This document shows, one piece after another, positions 25,943-32,000 of a DNA stretch of 32,000 nt (position 1 is its first letter; each line of letters begins with the position of its first letter). A program made the position numbers and the translations under genes. The notes under the pieces were generated by a model. The model saw nothing but the letters and a program-made list of their open reading frames with translations. It had not been told where the DNA came from and did no database searches. This stretch comes from Candidatus Kuenenia stuttgartensis (lineage in GTDB: Bacteria; Planctomycetota; Brocadiia; Brocadiales; Brocadiaceae), in assembly GCF_900232105.1 (NCBI RefSeq), contig NZ_LT934425.1, positions 1,950,001 through 1,982,000 on the forward strand. Reading direction: 5' to 3'.

Positions 25943-27415
25943 ATGAGAAAAATACCGAGAACAATGAGTACGCAGCATCCCGACAATGTAATAATGCCGT
26001 TTTTTACGGAGGGAGCCCCTTTTCATGGCGAAGATGAAATAAAAGAGGCATATTATGTGTTTTCTCATTTGCGATGTGATGAACAGATGTGGGATTGCGA
26101 AGGGAAGGAAGTGGATGAATTTGTCATCAAGAAGTTGCTCACGCGGTATGAAAATTTTTTCAAAAACAAGAGGATTGGCAAGGATCTGTTTATTACCTTG
26201 CGCGCGCCGAATCCGGCGTATGAGATGAGTGAGGCAAAAATACTTCTTGAAACCCTGGAAAGCGCCCCGCGTTCCTACGATACCGCCAGGATATTTTACG
26301 GAGATGGCGCGGTGCCGCCTATTTTTGAAGTTATTATTCCCATGACGACCAACGCTGATATCATAAACCGCGTATATCATTATTATCATGATTTTGTGGT
26401 GGGCAAACAGTATAAGAAATGTTTCAGCGGAGATATTACCATCAGGGAATGGATTGGCGAGTTTATGCCGGAGACTATAGAGGTTATTCCCCTGGTTGAA
26501 GATGTCCAATATATGCTTTCTGCCGATGCCATAGTACAGGATTATTTGAAAGATAAAAACTTTCCCTATCAGCGAGTTTTCCTCGGACGTTCTGATCCCG
26601 CGCTGAACTACGGTTTTCTGCCTGCCGTACTGGTGGTAAAAATCGCCTTGCAAAGATTAAACCTGTTGCAGGAAAAGCTTAAAATTCCGATATATCCCAT
26701 TCTTGGCGTAGGCTCCAACCTTTTTCGGGGAAACATGACGCCGTTTAACGTGAAAGAATGCCTCAATGAATACCCGAGCGTTCAGACGTTTACCATACAA
26801 TCTGCCTTTAAGTATGACTACGATGAGGAAGTAGTCAGAAAGGCTGTTGAAACAATCAATAATCAGGAAAGAAAGCCGCCGGTGGTAATTGACGAAGAAA
26901 CCGCATTGGATATTACGAAAAGATTATCGTCCGCTTACCGGGAGCAAATCAAGGAGCTTGCACCTTTGATCGGTGATATAGCGCGGTTTGTTCCCAGGAG
27001 AAGGATGCGCAAGCTGCATATCGGGCTCTTTGGGTATTCAAGAAACGTGGAGGGGATTACCCTGCCAAGGGTAATATCTTTTTGCGCCGCCTTGTATTCG
27101 ATTGGATTACCGCCTGAATTGTTAGGGCTGCACGCCCTCACCGGGAAAGACCTCTCATTTCTTAAAACAGCGTATCCCGGTTTCTTTGAAGATATTTCGA
27201 TAGCTGCGTCCTACTACAATGAAGACGTTAAAAAACTAATATCTCCAAAAATTGCAAAGGATATTGAAAAAGCATTGGGCGTGACAAACTATGTAGAAAA
27301 TCTCCTGCATAGCGAATATACCACCCAAATCATCAATGCCCTGCTTTCAAAAAAAGAGGAAACCGTTTCTGAAAACATTATTTCCGCTGGAAAGGTGAGG
27401 GGATTCCTTGGATAA
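25943..27415 (+). CDS. ppcA: Archaeal-type phosphoenolpyruvate carboxylase
   Basis: 490 aa: RTMSTQHPDNVIMPFF N-terminus, EIKEAYYVFSHLRCDEQMWDCEGKEVDE, LGVGSNLFRGNMTP. About half the length of the classical bacterial Ppc. Confidence 0.88.
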   Translation: MRKIPRTMSTQHPDNVIMPFFTEGAPFHGEDEIKEAYYVFSHLRCDEQMWDCEGKEVDEFVIKKLLTRYENFFKNKRIGKDLFITLRAPNPAYEMSEAKILLETLESAPRSYDTARIFYGDGAVPPIFEVIIPMTTNADIINRVYHYYHDFVVGKQYKKCFSGDITIREWIGEFMPETIEVIPLVEDVQYMLSADAIVQDYLKDKNFPYQRVFLGRSDPALNYGFLPAVLVVKIALQRLNLLQEKLKIPIYPILGVGSNLFRGNMTPFNVKECLNEYPSVQTFTIQSAFKYDYDEEVVRKAVETINNQERKPPVVIDEETALDITKRLSSAYREQIKELAPLIGDIARFVPRRRMRKLHIGLFGYSRNVEGITLPRVISFCAALYSIGLPPELLGLHALTGKDLSFLKTAYPGFFEDISIAASYYNEDVKKLISPKIAKDIEKALGVTNYVENLLHSEYTTQIINALLSKKEETVSENIISAGKVRGFLG

Positions 27416-27620
27416 TATTAGTCGATGTTACGAATGCCTTTTGGCAAAAGAAATATTTACCGGGGAATATGCTACACAACATCGCACAGGTTTAATACGG
27501 ACAACCGATCTATTCCACAGGCTAAATCCGCACGGCCTGTATATTAATTTACCTATTCACCGCCTGTAAAGCAATTTGAGTAAAATGCCAAATACGGCGC
27601 TTGACGGAAGGAGAGAAAAT

Positions 27621-28283
27621 ATGAACCGTTTGAACGTAGGCTGTATATATTCCTTAACTTTTCTGTTTTTTGTTTTACTGAATTTTTCCGGCTGTCAGAC
27701 TACATATTATAAAACAATGGAAAGGGTTGGTTACCACAAAAGGGATATATTTACAAATCGGGTAAAAGATACAAGAAATATTCTTGAAGAGACAGAGGAA
27801 CAATTCAAATCTGCACTGGTTGGATCCAGGTCGTTTGCTGATGCTGAAGGCAGCACGTATGAGCAAAAATATAATACGTTGAATAAAGAATATGAGAGAT
27901 GCCGTGATAAATCATTGTTGCTAAGTTCACATATTAAATCGATAGAAAAAGTAGCAGAAGCTTTTTTCAATGAGTGGGAAATGGAGTTAGAGCATTATGT
28001 AAGTAATTCGCTCAGGCAAGATAGCCAGGAAAAATTAGCGCAGAAAAGAGGCCAATATGAGCATCTTATAAATTCCATGAAATATATTGAGAGAAAAATG
28101 GACCCGGTACTCATCAATTTCCGTGACCAGGTGCTGTATTTGAAACATAATCTTAATACACAGTCGATTGTTTCTTTGCAGGATGAGCTTGCCCTGTTTG
28201 AAGATGAAGTCCTATCCCTGATTAAAGAGATAGAAATTTCCATTGGAATTGCCGACTCATTCATCAATTCAATAGTGAAATAA
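27621..28283 (+). CDS. DUF2959-like predicted lipoprotein
   Basis: From Met 27621: signal with lipobox-like LNFSGC, then YYKTMERVGYHKRDIFTNRVKDTRNILEETEEQFKSAL and coiled-coil-rich body. The track start 27576 is a TTG upstream. Confidence 0.65.
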   Translation: MNRLNVGCIYSLTFLFFVLLNFSGCQTTYYKTMERVGYHKRDIFTNRVKDTRNILEETEEQFKSALVGSRSFADAEGSTYEQKYNTLNKEYERCRDKSLLLSSHIKSIEKVAEAFFNEWEMELEHYVSNSLRQDSQEKLAQKRGQYEHLINSMKYIERKMDPVLINFRDQVLYLKHNLNTQSIVSLQDELALFEDEVLSLIKEIEISIGIADSFINSIVK

Positions 28284-28284
28284 C

Positions 28285-28419
28285 GTGACGCTTTAGTTTT
28301 TGAAAAAGCAGGGGGCGAAGCATTTGCCCGTTTGGGTATGAACGAATTAAGACAATTTGTAGCAAATGCTTCGCCCCCCACTATGATTATTGGAATTTTT
28401 CAAAAAACCAAAGTGTTAC
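28285..28419. mobile_element. MITE-like element family B, copy 2
   Basis: Outer arms GTGACGCTTTAGTTTTTGAAAAA / TTTTTCAAAAAACCAAAGTGTTAC. Inner perfect 16-bp arms GGGGGCGAAGCATTTG (28311-28326) and CAAATGCTTCGCCCCC (28363-28378). Confidence 0.72.
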
Positions 28420-28458
28420 AAAAAAATGTATTTTGACAGTTAAAGATAATGAATATAT

Positions 28459-28585
28459 GTAACTATTCAGCGTAATTTATTAAACTACCGGAGATCAGAG
28501 CGCAACTCGTTCCCAAACCTTGTACTGAACATAGTGAAGTATCTGTTTGGGAACGAGCCGTGTATCGTTTATGCTGAATAGTTAC
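28459..28585. mobile_element. MITE-like element family A, copy 2 (inverted relative to copy 1, shorter core)
   Basis: GTAACTATTCAGCGTAATTTATTAAACTACCGGAGATCAGAGCGCAACTCGTTCCCAAAC ... GTTTGGGAACGAGCCGTGTATCGTTTATGCTGAATAGTTAC. The left half is the reverse complement of the right end of 8492-8749. Confidence 0.8.
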
Positions 28586-28645
28586 ATTAATGCAAGAAAG
28601 AGAGAGACTTTTCGCGCTGCATTTATAGCGGGAAACCAATGTTAC

Positions 28646-29989
28646 ATGATTGCAAACCATTCAAAGACGTGCGCTTTTATAACCTTCGGCTGCAAGGTAA
28701 ATCAGTATGAAACACAGGCGCTTCGGGAATCCCTTATCGCAAAGGGATTTATGGAAATATCCCCTGAAATGGCGGCAGATGTTTATGTAATCAATACATG
28801 TACGGTAACTTCTGCAAGCGATGAGAAATCCCGTAATTATATAAAACGCCTGAAGAAGAAAAGCCCGAAGTCCTCCATTGTCGTCACCGGCTGTTATGCG
28901 GAATCAGACGCCGCGGCAATAAAGAAAATCGACGGCGTTAGCCATGTCATTACAAAGGCAGATGAATCATCCCTGGCAGAAATCATCGTCGGAAACGATG
29001 ATCCTTGTATCCCGCAAATCACTTCATTACCGCCATACCTTTTACAAAACAATACGTTCCAAAAAGATTCGATTTACCGCCTGAATATCAGCCGTTTTCA
29101 TGGGCATACCAGGGCATTTTTGAAAATAGAAGACGGTTGTGACATGTACTGCTCATATTGCATCATTCCTTATGTTCGCGGCGCAATCAAGAGCAGGAAA
29201 TGGCAGGATATTCATGACGAGGCAAAACGCCTTATCCATAATGGCTACAAAGAAATCGTACTCACGGGAATTCACCTTGGCGCCTATGGCAAAGAAATGT
29301 CTGACGGCATTTCACTTGTAAAAATTCTTGAAAGGTTGAGCGAATTTTCCGGTTTGGGAAGGATCCGATTAAGTTCTATTGAAGTAAACGAAATAACTCC
29401 GGAACTCATGCACCTCATTGCAGAGAGAAAAACCATATGCCCCCACCTTCACATTCCATTACAAAGCGGCGATGACCTGATTCTCAAAAGAATGAACCGG
29501 AAATACACTGCTGCTTACTATCAGGAAATTCTGGACACTATTCGCTCAAACATCAAATTACCCGCCATTACTACGGATGTCATGGTCGGTTTCCCGGGGG
29601 AAACGGAGAGGCACTTTCAAAATACTGTTGATTTTTGCACGAAGGCAGGCTACAGCCGCATGCATATATTCCCGTTTAGCATAAGAAAAGGGACGCCTGC
29701 CGCAAGTATGCAAAACCACTGTGCTTCACCGAGTATCACACAAAGGAAAGACCTGCTGAAGGCGCATGCCGACACGCTGTCATATGCGTACAAAAAACAA
29801 TTTCTTAATCATATTGGCGAAGTACTTGTTGAATGGGAAAGAGATGCGAAGACGAATAAATTATGTGGATATACGGAGAGATATATAAAGGTGCTCTTCG
29901 ATGGCCCTGATACACTGAAAAATTCCATTGTGCCGGTACAGATAGAAAGGATTGAGCGGTCGGATGTTTTTGGCAAACTTAATAATTAA
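28646..29989 (+). CDS. mtaB: MiaB-family tRNA methylthiotransferase, MtaB type
   Basis: From Met 28646: SKTCAFITFGCKVNQYETQALRESL, radical-SAM CXXXCXXC in DGCDMYCSYCIIPYVRG, GEVLVEWE TRAM-like end. The track start (TTG at 28547) lies inside the family A element and is probably wrong. Confidence 0.92.
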   Translation: MIANHSKTCAFITFGCKVNQYETQALRESLIAKGFMEISPEMAADVYVINTCTVTSASDEKSRNYIKRLKKKSPKSSIVVTGCYAESDAAAIKKIDGVSHVITKADESSLAEIIVGNDDPCIPQITSLPPYLLQNNTFQKDSIYRLNISRFHGHTRAFLKIEDGCDMYCSYCIIPYVRGAIKSRKWQDIHDEAKRLIHNGYKEIVLTGIHLGAYGKEMSDGISLVKILERLSEFSGLGRIRLSSIEVNEITPELMHLIAERKTICPHLHIPLQSGDDLILKRMNRKYTAAYYQEILDTIRSNIKLPAITTDVMVGFPGETERHFQNTVDFCTKAGYSRMHIFPFSIRKGTPAASMQNHCASPSITQRKDLLKAHADTLSYAYKKQFLNHIGEVLVEWERDAKTNKLCGYTERYIKVLFDGPDTLKNSIVPVQIERIERSDVFGKLNN

Positions 29990-30000
29990 CTACTCAATAA

Positions 30001-30121
30001 GCAGTCGGCGGTCTACAGTCGGCAATCAGCAATAAGCAGCCGGCAATCCTTTGTCCCCCGCTGGCGGGGGTGCAGTGGGTGGAAATTGTAGACTGTAGAT
30101 TGCCGACTGTGGATTGTAAAA
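30001..30121 (+). repeat. CAGTCGGC.../GACTGTGGATTGTAAA repeat, copy 2, containing CCCCCGC-TG-GCGGGGG hairpin (30055-30070)
   Basis: Similar unit at 7979-8034. Confidence 0.55.
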
Positions 30122-30132
30122 AGGACTCCTGT

Positions 30133-30693
30133 ATGAGATATTTATTCATTGTAATTATATTTTTCACCTGTACTTTTTGCCCCTCCCTTTTATTTGCGTT
30201 GCCAGCAGATGATGTTGTTCCTCTGGTGGACCAGGAGTACTATTTTCACGTACACAGGGCGATGAAAGACGCCAAAAACTCCATTTTTTGCGTTATGTAC
30301 TCTGCAAACATCAACCCGAAATACCCGAAAAGCAAGGAATATCAACTGCTGGATGGGCTTGTCGACGCTCATAAACGAGGCGTAGCCGTAACGGTAATAT
30401 TTGAAAAAAACATTGCCTTCTGGGAAAAAGGAGCCAAGGGCAAAACGGTGGAAAAAAAGAGTCCGAAGGCATACGAGTTTCTCAAAGAAAAGGGTGTTCC
30501 TGTTTTTTACGACAGTGTTAAAAATATCACTCATAGCAAAATACTGGTTATCGATAATTACGTCACCATTCTTGGTAGTACAAACTGGACGTACAGCGCC
30601 TTGAATAAAAACCACGAGGCCTCCGTCCTGATCAAGTCCAGGAGCGTAGCGGAGTCTTTTCTTGCGAAACTCAATAAGATCCCAAGGGATTAA
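30133..30693 (+). CDS. Exported phospholipase D-like protein, single HKD motif
   Basis: From Met 30133: signal peptide, then ITHSKILVIDNYVTILGSTNWTYSALNKNHEASVLI (HxKx4D plus GSxNW). Confidence 0.85.
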   Translation: MRYLFIVIIFFTCTFCPSLLFALPADDVVPLVDQEYYFHVHRAMKDAKNSIFCVMYSANINPKYPKSKEYQLLDGLVDAHKRGVAVTVIFEKNIAFWEKGAKGKTVEKKSPKAYEFLKEKGVPVFYDSVKNITHSKILVIDNYVTILGSTNWTYSALNKNHEASVLIKSRSVAESFLAKLNKIPRD

Positions 30694-30938
30694 CCGAGAC
30701 TGCTTATTGATCATAAATGGCGCTTGTTTAGAATTTCAAATCATTTTGTCATTAGAATTTGTTTCCTACTTCGTATTTCGAATTTCACGAGTATCTTATT
30801 TCACCATTAAATATTTTGACAAAAATGCAAAGATATTACTGATAAGCACAAAGCCCTCCCCACTATGTTTCATTATTATCGACGGCAAATCTCTTTTTCA
30901 TCGAAAACATTTTACAATAAAAGCGAATTGATAGTATA

Positions 30939-32000
30939 ATGACACGCATGGAAAATGTTACCCAATGGAACCTAATTTTTACCGGGCTTGAAGGTTTTGG
31001 CCTCCGTGCGATGGTGTTTATAATTGCAATAGCGATTCTCTTTTTTTCATGGTCGAGCATCAAAAATATCCGGCCTGTTTCCCGGCGCATACTCTTATTT
31101 TCTTTACGGCTGGCAGGAACCCTGCTGATAGTCCTTCTCCTTTTTCAACCACACCTGGAGCAAAAAGAGGTATTGAAGCTGAAAAATAAGGTGGTTTGCC
31201 TTCTCGATGCTTCGAAAAGCATGTCTCTTAAATGCGGAGATATTGCGGTTACCCGGGCACAGTTGCTTGATAATTTTTTTACGGAGAATGATGCTTTTTT
31301 CAAGGAACTGCAAAGTTCTTTTGACGTAAATTTCTTCACTTTTTCCGATATCCCAACGGAAACCTCCTATAAAGATATCAGGACGGGTATTACTCCAGAT
31401 GGAGAAGATACGGATTTTGCGCAAACTCTGAAATATTTACAACAACGTTACAAAGACGATAATGTGAAGGCTTTTTTCCTTTTTTCAGACGGGAAAGACA
31501 CGGTGGAACGCCCGGCGAATGTAAATGCCTCGGAGGTTATAGCAGGCATTGCAAGAGAATTTTCTTCCCCCTTTTTTACCTTTGCACCCGCAGAGAATAT
31601 GGAGGCAAGAGATGTTGCTTTAAGCAGCATTTCCTACAACACATTTACTTTTGCGCGAAACCCATGGAAGGTAGACGCCACGATAAAGGTGATGGGATAC
31701 AACAACCTGAAACTACCCGTTACGCTTAAAGAAGGGAGCGACATTATTTCTACAAAGGTTATCACTGCCAATGAAGAAGGTGAATACAACGTCACCCTCT
31801 CATTTACTCCATACAAAACAGGAACCTTTCTTTATACCGTATCGATTCCCGTTCAGCCGAAGGAAGCAATTACTGAAAATAATCAGGTAAGCTTTCTTGT
31901 TAAGATAGTGCGGGACAAGATCAGGGTAATGCATGTTTGCGGAAGGCCCTCATGGGACGAACGTTTTTTGAGACAAGCGCTGAAGAACGACCCGAACATT
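30939..32000 (+). CDS. Membrane protein with VWA domain, partial at window edge
   Basis: Own translation from ATG 30939: two TM segments, MIDAS motif VVCLLDASKSMSLK, FLFSDGKDT, then beta-rich extracytoplasmic region ending KIRVMHVCGRPSWDERFLRQALKNDPN. Open to base 32000, so missing from the ORF track. Confidence 0.82.
   Translation, partial: MTRMENVTQWNLIFTGLEGFGLRAMVFIIAIAILFFSWSSIKNIRPVSRRILLFSLRLAGTLLIVLLLFQPHLEQKEVLKLKNKVVCLLDASKSMSLKCGDIAVTRAQLLDNFFTENDAFFKELQSSFDVNFFTFSDIPTETSYKDIRTGITPDGEDTDFAQTLKYLQQRYKDDNVKAFFLFSDGKDTVERPANVNASEVIAGIAREFSSPFFTFAPAENMEARDVALSSISYNTFTFARNPWKVDATIKVMGYNNLKLPVTLKEGSDIISTKVITANEEGEYNVTLSFTPYKTGTFLYTVSIPVQPKEAITENNQVSFLVKIVRDKIRVMHVCGRPSWDERFLRQALKNDPNI

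Noticed and set aside
25916-26653. Minus-strand 245-aa ORF opposite ppcA
   Set aside because: Shadow ORF antisense to a strongly recognisable PEP carboxylase. No domain-like features.
28285-28645. Possible tRNA or structured ncRNA upstream of mtaB
   Set aside because: The strong inverted repeats are explained by family B and family A elements. No cloverleaf or T-loop (GGTTCGAATCC) motif found.

Overview
Window from an AT-rich bacterial genome. Gene content suggests an anammox-like planctomycete (Brocadiales), but this is inference only. Intact genes: biotin ligase next to an OadABG-type Na+-pumping decarboxylase operon; a PDC/HAMP/PAS histidine kinase with two receiver proteins, one lacking the phospho-acceptor Asp and one HD-GYP; an MlaEFD-type lipid ABC operon; PRC-barrel and HAD proteins; an AMP-binding acyl ligase; an XPD/DinG-family helicase with an N-terminal JAMM/JAB-like domain; an NDUFA9-like SDR; a TPR protein; a PLP aminotransferase; an archaeal-type PEP carboxylase; a DUF2959-like lipoprotein; MtaB; a PLD-like protein; and an open-ended VWA membrane protein. 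The ORF track misses or hides partial and decayed genes: a ModE-like HTH gene at the left edge, phosphoketolase, acetate kinase and alpha-amylase remnants (12.5-15.5 kb), and a frameshifted Cas3''-like HD gene joined to an HDOD remnant (24.6-25.3 kb). At least two families of small non-coding inverted-repeat (MITE-like) elements are present, one copy with an apparent 8-bp target duplication. No CRISPR array, rRNA or convincing tRNA was seen. No complete novel defence or metabolic system is evident. The JAMM-helicase fusion, the Asp-less receiver and the pseudogene islands are the best leads.
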